The position numbers were made by a program, and so were the translations under genes. The notes under the pieces were generated by a model. It was not told where the DNA came from. It ran no database searches and worked only from the letters and a program-made list of their open reading frames with translations. From the NCBI GenBank assembly GCA_017161705.1, contig JADFCW010000004.1, forward strand, positions 1-53,860: DNA of 53,860 nucleotides, given 5' to 3'. The DNA is from Candidatus Sumerlaeota bacterium (GTDB taxonomy: Bacteria; Sumerlaeota; Sumerlaeia; JADFCW01). Of this stretch, positions 9,136 to 16,279 are shown in pieces (the stretch's first letter is position 1; every line of letters begins with the position of its first letter).

Positions 9136-10027
9136 CTTGCTTCCCCGCAGGTTTTTTATCGAACGGACTGGACAACCCTGGACCCGCCGCTTGGGCGCCC
9201 GGCCGAGCTTCCATCGCCGCCTTTATGACTGCAGCAACCTCTTTCCGGACCTCCAGCGTCGGTTCCTGCCAAAGCGCAAAGCGAATCCACTCGAAGCCAA
9301 ATTTCATCAGCTCGACATCGTCCGTTCGGATGGCCTCGATGCGGTCTTCGGCCACCTGGAACTTTCGCAGAAACCGGGTCTCGAATACAAACCGGCGAAA
9401 CTTGTCTAGATCATACAAGACCATGAAGAGCATGTCCATTTGTTCGGGCGTCAGCGACTTGCCGGCGCCCAGCCGCTCGTCCTGGGCAAGGTCCTGGAAA
9501 AATCGTCCCTGGGCTTCATATTCCGGGACGCCCTGGTCGTCGAGCCATTCGGCCACGCGCCACTCGCGGCTTTCTCCCAGCCCGCAACAAAAGTCCTCGC
9601 GGATCAAAAAGTAGAAGGCGGGGTCTTCGCCGCCCGATGTTCGGGGAGGGGCTGCCCGGCCCAGAGGATACGTGCGGCACGACCACGGACGGTTCTCATA
9701 GATCGAGCACCCGGCCGGCTCCTCCAAAAAGGGACACGCCAGTTGTGCGTCTTCCCTCATCCGAAGAAGCACCACCGGATAGCGCATCGTTTTGCTGAAG
9801 GGGATGATGCAATAGCGGTCCAGAAACTCGCCCGATGGGATGCCCAGAGCGCGCTTCATTCGAAGGACGTCATAGGGGGTGAGGAAGATGTTCACATCGT
9901 GGCAGCAATGGTTGAAACAGGTCAGATTGCGGTGGCAAAGAAAGTGAAAGCGGCCGTCCGCGCCGAGGCGCGGCCCGTCGCGCAGAATTTGCTCTTTGAA
10001 CTTCTCGAACGCGTTATCTTCCAACAT
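9122..10027 (-). CDS. YkgJ/UPF0153-type (CxxCxxCC family) cysteine-cluster protein
   Basis: 301 aa. Motifs: C-x5-C-x3-CC (CHRNLTCFNHCC) and ACPFLEEPAGCSIYENRPWSCRTYP, typical of the putative zinc/iron-chelating CxxCxxCC family. Its 3' end overlaps the qmoA start by 14 nt. Confidence 0.7.
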   Translation of the reverse strand: MLEDNAFEKFKEQILRDGPRLGADGRFHFLCHRNLTCFNHCCHDVNIFLTPYDVLRMKRALGIPSGEFLDRYCIIPFSKTMRYPVVLLRMREDAQLACPFLEEPAGCSIYENRPWSCRTYPLGRAAPPRTSGGEDPAFYFLIREDFCCGLGESREWRVAEWLDDQGVPEYEAQGRFFQDLAQDERLGAGKSLTPEQMDMLFMVLYDLDKFRRFVFETRFLRKFQVAEDRIEAIRTDDVELMKFGFEWIRFALWQEPTLEVRKEVAAVIKAAMEARPGAQAAGPGLSSPFDKKPAGKQDESG

Positions 10028-10033
10028 TATGGT

Positions 10034-10315
10034 TTAGTCCTTCCGATCGGCCTCCGGCTGCGCGAGTATGCGGTTCTTGTGTGCCTCGTAAGACCAGCAC
10101 GGCAGGGGGCCGCTTTCGCCCGTGGCCGGATCGAAGCGATGCCGATAGGAGGCCCTCTGGTGATACTGGCTCATCATCCATTGCCATCCCCGAACGAAGT
10201 AAGGACACTGGTCGTTGAAGCAAACGTATTGCGGGGCCGACCCCCATGATGAGTCCTCCGGCGGCAACCAGAGCGTCATGGGTTGGCTGCAATGGGGACA
10301 AGCGGGAATGGACAT
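10034..10315 (-). CDS. Small four-cysteine zinc-ribbon protein (93 aa), function unknown
   Basis: I place the start at ATG 10315 ([13 protein letters not shown]...), which has GAAGGAA 10 nt upstream. The GTG-started extension in the track (to 10438) has no such support. Cys pairs are CPHC and CFNDQC. The stop lies 6 nt before the next gene start. Confidence 0.6.
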   Translation of the reverse strand: MSIPACPHCSQPMTLWLPPEDSSWGSAPQYVCFNDQCPYFVRGWQWMMSQYHQRASYRHRFDPATGESGPLPCWSYEAHKNRILAQPEADRKD

Positions 10316-10450
10316 GGTTACAACATTCCTTCGCGTGGTGTTCCATTCATGGTTTGGCCGGCGCGCCTCGGAGAACTCTTCCGCACCGCCGGTCGGGAGA
10401 AGGCAAGCGATGAACATGCAGAGATGGAAAAATTCCACGCGCCTTTCGAC

Positions 10451-10475
10451 GGGGGGCGCCTTTGCAGCGCCCCCC
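10451..10475 (-). other. GC-only RNA stem-loop (9 bp, 7-nt loop) about 30 nt downstream of the aprA stop
   Basis: Plus strand reads GGGGGGCGC-ctttgca-GCGCCCCCC, a perfect 9-bp stem. No immediate U-run follows on the minus-strand transcript, so this is not a canonical terminator. Confidence 0.6.
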
Positions 10476-10505
10476 GGTCAAAAAGCAGGCTGCCGCTTGC
10501 GTGGT

Positions 10506-12428
10506 TCACCCGCCCAGAAGCTCGTGTTCCTGGGGTTCGGGATAGATGTGCAGCATGGGCCGCTTGATCATCTCCCATTCTTTCTTTTCGGGGTCCCAGC
10601 GGCAATTGGCAAAGCAGTGCCAGTTCTTTTCGTCCAGACGCGGGAAGTCCGCCCGCTTGTAGTAACCCGGCCAACGGGTTTCCTCGCGGAACAGGACCGT
10701 GCGCGTATGGGCTTCGGCCTGCCACATGCGCTGGATATTCTCCCAGCAGCGGAGCAGCTCGTGGAGGTCGCTGGCGGCCAGCTTTTCGGAGTCTTCCTTG
10801 AGATAGCCGAGCAGCTCCAACGCCCGCTCCAAACAGGCCTTGTTGGTGGTGAACTGAGCCGAGACGCCGCCCACGTATTCGTCCATGATCTTTTGCAGGC
10901 GGAACATAAACATCTTCGGCTTGATGAAATTCGGGTTGATGTCCGGATCGCTCGACGCGTGTTTGTGTTCCTCGAACAGCTGGAGCGGTTTGTAGATCCG
11001 GGCTTTCAACTCTGCGATCTGGGCCGGGTCGACCTCAGGCAGTTTGTTGTTCTCGACGATGAATTTGATGGCCGCCTTGCCGACGATGCGTCCTTCGGCA
11101 TGGGAGCCCGACGAGAACTTGTGCGACGAAGCGCCCGAGGCATCGCCCGCGCAGAACATCCCCTTGACCGTCGCCATGTGGGCGTAGCCCCAGAAGTATT
11201 CCTTCCGGGTCTCATCGGTCTGGAGGTCTTCGGGGCCGCTGACCCATGCGCCCGACGCGCCCGAATGCGAGCCGATGAAGTACGGCTCGGCCGCTGCGAT
11301 CTCCGAGGATTTCTTCTCGGGCTCGACGTTCGTTGCCGCCCAGAGAACGGCCTGGGAAATGGTCATGTCGAGGAAGTCTTCCCACGCCTCGTTCTCCAGC
11401 TCTTTGAGTTTCTTCTTGGCGGCTTTTTCGTCGCCCGCTTCGGCGGCAATCTTTTGAATTGCCTCCTCGGTGCGCATATAGATCGGGCCTTTGCCTTCCA
11501 TGATGTCGAGCATGCCCAGATAGTTGCGCAAATTGGCCGGAATCGGCTTGACCAGCCCGTACGGGCGCCAGTTCTCCAGTTCCGCCTTCCGCTCGACCAT
11601 ATAGTCGCCGCCTTCAGAGTTGGTCGCGCGCGACTTGAAAAGCAGGAACCACGCGCCCACTGGGCCGTAGGCGTCCTTGAAGCGCACGGGGATGAACCGC
11701 ACTTCCTGGCTGGTCATTTCCGCGCCGGCCTGGATGGTGAAGAATGCGCTCGAACCGGAGTTCCACGGCGGATACCAGGCGCGGCCGAGACCCTCGCCCG
11801 AACTCCGGGGTTTGAATACGTGCACGGCGCCGCCCATGGCTACGATGACGGCCTTGGCGCGGAAGACGTAGAACTTGTTCTCACGCACGCTGAATCCGAC
11901 AGCCCCGGCGATCCGGTCGCCGTCCATGAGCGGATGCGTGATGAACACGCGCTCGAAATACTCGCCGCCGGCTTCCGCCAGGGCGTTCTTGGCCGCCTCC
12001 GCCACAACGACCTTGTAGGATTCGCCGTTGATCATCAGCTGCCAGCGGCCCTCGTGGACATAAGCGCCCTTCTCGTCCTTCCAGATCGGCAGGCCCCATC
12101 GTTCATACAGGTGGACGGTGGAGTCCACATGCCGCGCGATGTTGGCCACAAGGTCCTCGCGCGTAATGCCCATGAGGTCCATGCGGACGTAGTCCACGTA
12201 GTCCTTGACCGTGTTTTTGCCGTCGCACAGGCCGACATACTGGTTGATCGCCGACAGGCCCATAGCCACAGCGCCCGAACGGTCCATGGCCGCCTTGTCC
12301 ACCAGCGTCACTTTCAGGCCGTATTTCTTGGCCCAATACGACGCCTCGACGGCCGCACCACAGGCTGACATACCACCACCGAGGATTAGAAGGTCGGTGG
12401 TGACTTCAATGGTTTCGAAGTTCTCCAT
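10506..12428 (-). CDS. aprA: Adenylylsulfate (APS) reductase alpha subunit
   Basis: 640 aa. FAD fold LLILGGGMSACGAAVEA with full-length AprA-like sequence. Strong SD (AGGAGGAGAGGAT then ATG). It follows aprB after 18 nt. Confidence 0.95.
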   Translation of the reverse strand: MENFETIEVTTDLLILGGGMSACGAAVEASYWAKKYGLKVTLVDKAAMDRSGAVAMGLSAINQYVGLCDGKNTVKDYVDYVRMDLMGITREDLVANIARHVDSTVHLYERWGLPIWKDEKGAYVHEGRWQLMINGESYKVVVAEAAKNALAEAGGEYFERVFITHPLMDGDRIAGAVGFSVRENKFYVFRAKAVIVAMGGAVHVFKPRSSGEGLGRAWYPPWNSGSSAFFTIQAGAEMTSQEVRFIPVRFKDAYGPVGAWFLLFKSRATNSEGGDYMVERKAELENWRPYGLVKPIPANLRNYLGMLDIMEGKGPIYMRTEEAIQKIAAEAGDEKAAKKKLKELENEAWEDFLDMTISQAVLWAATNVEPEKKSSEIAAAEPYFIGSHSGASGAWVSGPEDLQTDETRKEYFWGYAHMATVKGMFCAGDASGASSHKFSSGSHAEGRIVGKAAIKFIVENNKLPEVDPAQIAELKARIYKPLQLFEEHKHASSDPDINPNFIKPKMFMFRLQKIMDEYVGGVSAQFTTNKACLERALELLGYLKEDSEKLAASDLHELLRCWENIQRMWQAEAHTRTVLFREETRWPGYYKRADFPRLDEKNWHCFANCRWDPEKKEWEMIKRPMLHIYPEPQEHELLGG

Positions 12429-12446
12429 ATCCTCTCCTCCTAACCC

Positions 12447-12887
12447 TTACTTGATGGTGTAGACTTCCTTCAGACGTAGTGCTTCGGGTTCCTGAGCCAG
12501 TGCCTCACTGTTCAGATCGTCCTGAGCAGTGGCGTAACCGCCGTTGGGCTGCGCCTTGCCCTCTTCGGTGGTCCGGGTCGGGAACTTGAACCGTTTGACC
12601 ATTCCATTGCGGAATTTCACGGTCCAGAGAATGCTGTCGGAGCTGCGCATGGGAAGCACACTGGCGCCCATCGGCACGAAGTCCGCGTAGCCGCGAACCT
12701 CGATGGCCTGTGTCGGGCAGATTTTCACGCAGTTGTAGCATTCCCAACACATTTCGGGTTCGCGGTTATACGCCTTCATGATCTCCTTGTTCAAGACCAT
12801 GAGGTCGTTTGGACAGATATACTGACATGCCGTCTTGTCCAATGCCTTGCACCCATCGCATTTCTCCGGAATGACGAAACTCGGCAT
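12447..12887 (-). CDS. aprB: Adenylylsulfate (APS) reductase beta subunit
   Basis: I place the start at ATG 12887 (MPSFVIPEKCDGC...), preceded by AAGGAGGTG at 7-nt spacing. The track ORF extends 8 codons further. Two ferredoxin motifs (CDGCKALDKTACQYICP and CWECYNCVKICP) plus a long C-terminal tail are typical of AprB. Confidence 0.93.
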   Translation of the reverse strand: MPSFVIPEKCDGCKALDKTACQYICPNDLMVLNKEIMKAYNREPEMCWECYNCVKICPTQAIEVRGYADFVPMGASVLPMRSSDSILWTVKFRNGMVKRFKFPTRTTEEGKAQPNGGYATAQDDLNSEALAQEPEALRLKEVYTIK

Positions 12888-13182
12888 TACATCCACCTCC
12901 TTTCCTTCCAAAGTCTGGTTCGATCAAAAGCCTGGTTGGACTCACGGGCAGGGATATCTCGCCCGCTTGTTCAAGAAAAAAATCACAAACTTCCTTCCAC
13001 TCTCTTCCCCCTCCAGCAAGCACCTTTTTGCCTATCAGGGTATTATCATCAGTCTGGTATTTGCTAAGAACCGAATAACTACGGAGCAACGGGATTAGGG
13101 TTGTTTTTTGGCATTGTAAAGGAAAATCAGCATCTGTTTTTCAGTTTTATCTGTATAATATTTACATACACAGGTTGGTTCG

Positions 13183-13234
13183 AAAAAAGACAAGGGCGAA
13201 ACCCGAAGCAGGAAAACTGCCGATTTTCGCCCTT
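13183..13234 (-). terminator. Rho-independent terminator downstream of sat
   Basis: The minus-strand RNA forms AAGGGCGAAA-(23 nt containing an inner GCAG/CTGC pair)-TTTCGCCCTT, a 10-bp perfect stem. It is followed by GTCTTTTTT. It lies about 80 nt after the sat stop. Confidence 0.6.
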
Positions 13235-13311
13235 TCTTCCGGCCTTTTATCGTGTATTTCGGCCCTCCAACCTGCTTTTCTCTCCGCTTTCCGAGAGGCT
13301 GTTCCCTCGGC

Positions 13312-14529
13312 TCAGCCGCCAGTAGCCGCACGATGAAGTTTGATCTCCACCTTTTGCGAGGCATCCAACTGCTTGTAGTAGTCGCGGAGAATTTCCAGCA
13401 CTTCGGGACGGCTGAACTGCGGTGGAACCTCGCCTCCCTCGGACAGGGCTTTTCGCAGCGCGGTTCCGCTCAGCAGCAACCGGTCTTCTTTGCCATGCGG
13501 GCAGGTTTTCATCGAGGCCATGCCCTCGCACTTGAAGCAGTAGAACGTCCAGTCAATGTTCAGCGGCTGGATGACCAGGGCGTCTTTGGGAATCTCCTCG
13601 AAAATCTTTTGGGCATCGAACGGCCCGTAATAGTTGCCCACACCGGCGTGGTCGCGGCCGACGATCAGGTGGCTGGCTCCGTAGTTCTGCCGGAAGCACG
13701 CATGGAGCAGAGCCTCGCGCGGGCCGGCGTAGCGCATCTCAAGCGGGTAGCCTTTTTGAATCACGCTGCCCTTGGGGAAATACTTTTCGACCAGCACGTC
13801 AATGCACTTAACGCGCACCTCGGCCGGAATGTCGCCCGGTTTGAGCGCTCCGACCAGCTGGTGGATGAACACGCCGTCCATGACTTCGAGGGCAATCTTG
13901 GCGAGATATTCGTGGGAGCGGTGCATGGGGTTGCGCAGCTGAAGGGCGGCGATGCGTTTCCAGCCGCGCTCTTCGAACAGCGCCCGGCATTCCGCGGGCG
14001 TGGCGTAGAGTCCCTTGAATTTTTCCGGATACTCGCCCTCGCTGAAGACCTTGACGGGTCCGCCCAGATTGACTTCGGCTTGCTCCATGACCTTGGCCAC
14101 GCCCGGATGCTCGGGGTCGGTCGTCTTGAAGACCTCTTTGCACTCATGCGCCTTATCTATGGTGTATTTCTCTTCGACCTTCATGGACCCCATCAGCTCG
14201 TTGTGCTCGGGATCAATCAAGGCAATCTCTTCGCCCTCTTTGATCGAGTTGGCAAACTCGCGCGACACCGACAGGGTGATGGGAATCGGCCAGAAGATGC
14301 CGTTGCTTAGCGTCATATGGTCGCACGAGCTTTGCCAGTCGGCCTTGTTGAAGAAGCCGGTCAGCGGGGAAAACGCCCCGATGCCCATCATGATCAGGTC
14401 GTCGCGCTCGCGCGTGGTCATGGTCCAGGACTTGAACGTTCGGGCTCTCTGAACGGCCTCCTTGAGGGCCTCGCCCTCCAGTTTCAAGGGTTTGAGCGTG
14501 CCGCCATGCGGAGGAACCAAACCAGACAT
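13312..14529 (-). CDS. sat: Sulfate adenylyltransferase (ATP sulfurylase)
   Basis: 405 aa. ATP sulfurylase motifs [11 protein letters not shown] and [19 protein letters not shown] lies upstream of the ATG. Confidence 0.95.
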   Translation of the reverse strand: MSGLVPPHGGTLKPLKLEGEALKEAVQRARTFKSWTMTTRERDDLIMMGIGAFSPLTGFFNKADWQSSCDHMTLSNGIFWPIPITLSVSREFANSIKEGEEIALIDPEHNELMGSMKVEEKYTIDKAHECKEVFKTTDPEHPGVAKVMEQAEVNLGGPVKVFSEGEYPEKFKGLYATPAECRALFEERGWKRIAALQLRNPMHRSHEYLAKIALEVMDGVFIHQLVGALKPGDIPAEVRVKCIDVLVEKYFPKGSVIQKGYPLEMRYAGPREALLHACFRQNYGASHLIVGRDHAGVGNYYGPFDAQKIFEEIPKDALVIQPLNIDWTFYCFKCEGMASMKTCPHGKEDRLLLSGTALRKALSEGGEVPPQFSRPEVLEILRDYYKQLDASQKVEIKLHRAATGG

Positions 14530-14555
14530 TGTGTTTCTCCTTTCTTTTGCATTCG

Positions 14556-14571
14556 GGGGTTCGAGAACCCC
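14556..14571. promoter_or_regulatory. Perfect 7+7 palindrome GGGGTTC-GA-GAACCCC in the sat leader
   Basis: Read directly from the sequence. It lies about 27-42 nt upstream of the sat ATG (14529), between the upstream gene stop (14628) and the sat SD. Confidence 0.4.
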
Positions 14572-14627
14572 GTTTTGATTGTAAACCCACCTCGTCGCTC
14601 GGCCGAACCACTCCGGCTTTCAAGGGT

Positions 14628-15065
14628 TTATCCGTAAGGATACATTGCCTTCTTGATCAGAGCCAGACGCTTCAAAATACGCTCGTGTTTCAGTTCGTCG
14701 AGGAGAAGGTATTCGAGCAGATACGCCTGCACAGGCATCTTCTTTCCTTCCAGCTGCTTCAACGATTGGCGGGCAAGCGAGATGGTTTCTTTCTCCAGCC
14801 GAACGTGGTTTTCGATCATGTCCCAGACTTTGCCGATGTCTTCCGGGGTCAACGAGATCGTTTTGGTTTCAAGACTATCGGCGATCAGTTCCTGCACGCG
14901 GTAATGCATCTGAGAATCGCGCTGAATGATTTCCATAATCAGGCGCACAATTGGGTTGTCGGTTGCCTCGATAATCCGTCCGGTCGAGGCTACCGAGGCA
15001 TTTTCGATTCCCTTCCATTGTTTCATGTTTTCAACGATTTTTTGCTGAATTTCCTTGGTTTTCAT
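14628..15065 (-). CDS. Uncharacterised all-helical protein (ferritin-like/four-helix-bundle suspected)
   Basis: I place the start at ATG 15065 (MKTKEIQQKIVENMKQW...), with AAAGGA 8 nt upstream. The track ORF extends to 15158. It is helical and charged and contains LLDELKHERIL (ExxH). I cannot assign a family confidently. Confidence 0.55.
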   Translation of the reverse strand: MKTKEIQQKIVENMKQWKGIENASVASTGRIIEATDNPIVRLIMEIIQRDSQMHYRVQELIADSLETKTISLTPEDIGKVWDMIENHVRLEKETISLARQSLKQLEGKKMPVQAYLLEYLLLDELKHERILKRLALIKKAMYPYG

Positions 15066-15336
15066 GGCAGGTATCCTTTCTTTTAGGTTTATTGGCAACT
15101 CTGCATAAACGCATCCGATTTTGGCCAGGTGCATGGAAATTCTATTCATGTCAGACAAATCTACGCTGCGAACGACCCATACGTGATATCGCCCCTCCCT
15201 CTTGTCAAGTCGGAATTCACAGTCAATTTCGGGCCGCCTGCGTCCGGCATCGCGAGAAGAAACATTTTGCAGGTTATTCTGATTTCCCTTGCGCGGTATG
15301 TCCCCGTGGCTCTATTCTCTTTGTCGAATAATCAAA

Positions 15337-15368
15337 GGCGGGCGAGGCAGCCCCGCCGCATTCTTTTT
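15337..15368 (+). promoter_or_regulatory. Terminator-like hairpin plus T-tract in the trxA leader
   Basis: GGCGGG-cgaggcagc-CCCGCC is followed by gcaTTCTTTTT and ends 16 nt before the trxA ATG. A possible sigma70-like promoter, TTGCGC-18 nt-TATTCT, sits at 15289..15318. Confidence 0.35.
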
Positions 15369-15383
15369 GAGGGGAAAAAGGTT

Positions 15384-15716
15384 ATGGCCGGCGGAAACGT
15401 GCTCGAAATCACCGACGCGAATTTCGATACGGTTGTTGCCAAGTCCGATGTTCCGGTTTTGGTGGACTTTTGGGCGCCGTGGTGCGGCCCCTGCCGCGCA
15501 ATCGGTCCAACGATTGCGCAGCTGGCCGATCAATTCGCAGGCAAGATCAAGGTCGGCAAGGTCAACGTGGATGAGAACCAGGACCTGGCACTCAAGTATG
15601 GCATTTCCAGCATCCCAGCGGTTCTGCTGTTCAAAGGCGGCGAGCGTGTGGATGAATTGATCGGGGCGGGGCCCAAGTCGTCTTATGAGGCGATGATCAA
15701 TCGCCATATAGGCTAG
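15384..15716 (+). CDS. trxA: Thioredoxin
   Basis: 110 aa counted from ATG 15384. Has the WCGPC active site and a typical thioredoxin length and pattern (VLVDFWAPWCGPCR...IPAVLLFKGG). Confidence 0.93.
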   Translation: MAGGNVLEITDANFDTVVAKSDVPVLVDFWAPWCGPCRAIGPTIAQLADQFAGKIKVGKVNVDENQDLALKYGISSIPAVLLFKGGERVDELIGAGPKSSYEAMINRHIG

Positions 15717-15784
15717 CCGCCGCAACGCCCGCCCGTTGTCGCCGGTTTTCAGGCCGCCGGGCAAAGGCACAAACTCGACGCATC

Positions 15785-16279
15785 ATGCGATGTCCATATT
15801 GCGGCAATTCCGATAGTCGGGTGGTCAACTCGCGGGTGTCCCAGAAGGGGCTGGCGATTCGGCGTCGGCGCGAATGTCCCCAGTGTAAGTCGCGTTTCAC
15901 TACGTTTGAATACGTCGAGAAAATGCCGATTATCGTCATCAAGAGCGACGGCACGCGCGAGCAATTCGACCGGCAGAAAATTGTGAAGGGATTGACCAAG
16001 GCCTGCGAAAAACGCGGTATTCCTTTTTCAGAACTCGAGCGTCTGGCCGAGGAGGTTGAACGAACCCTCCATAACTCGATGGAACAGGAAGTGCCCTCCA
16101 AATGGATCGGGCAGCTGGTGCTCGAACGGTTGCGGGAGCTGGACAAGGTGGCCTATGTGCGGTTTGCGTCGGTCTATCGCGACTTTCGCGACATCAGCGA
16201 GTTCAGCCAGGAAATTCAGGCCCTGCTCCAGAGGGAACAAGGCAGTCGGAAACCGCCGAAAGAAGGAAATCTCCCATGA
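15785..16279 (+). CDS. nrdR: Transcriptional repressor NrdR (Zn-ribbon plus ATP-cone)
   Basis: Begins MRCPYCGNSDSRVVNSR...CPQCKSRFTTFE and continues into an ATP-cone region. 164 aa. Confidence 0.92.
   Translation: MRCPYCGNSDSRVVNSRVSQKGLAIRRRRECPQCKSRFTTFEYVEKMPIIVIKSDGTREQFDRQKIVKGLTKACEKRGIPFSELERLAEEVERTLHNSMEQEVPSKWIGQLVLERLRELDKVAYVRFASVYRDFRDISEFSQEIQALLQREQGSRKPPKEGNLP

Noticed and set aside
10215-12368. 717-aa plus-strand ORF
   Set aside because: Antisense shadow of aprA.
13095-13364. Small ORFs in the sat-aprB spacer (13095..13364 minus, 13101..13325 plus)
   Set aside because: They overlap the terminator hairpin and the AT-rich leader. They have no SD and their sequences are low-complexity.
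14551-14572. tRNA-like GGTTCGAG motif
   Set aside because: There is no acceptor, D or anticodon arm around it. It is a simple palindrome in the sat leader.
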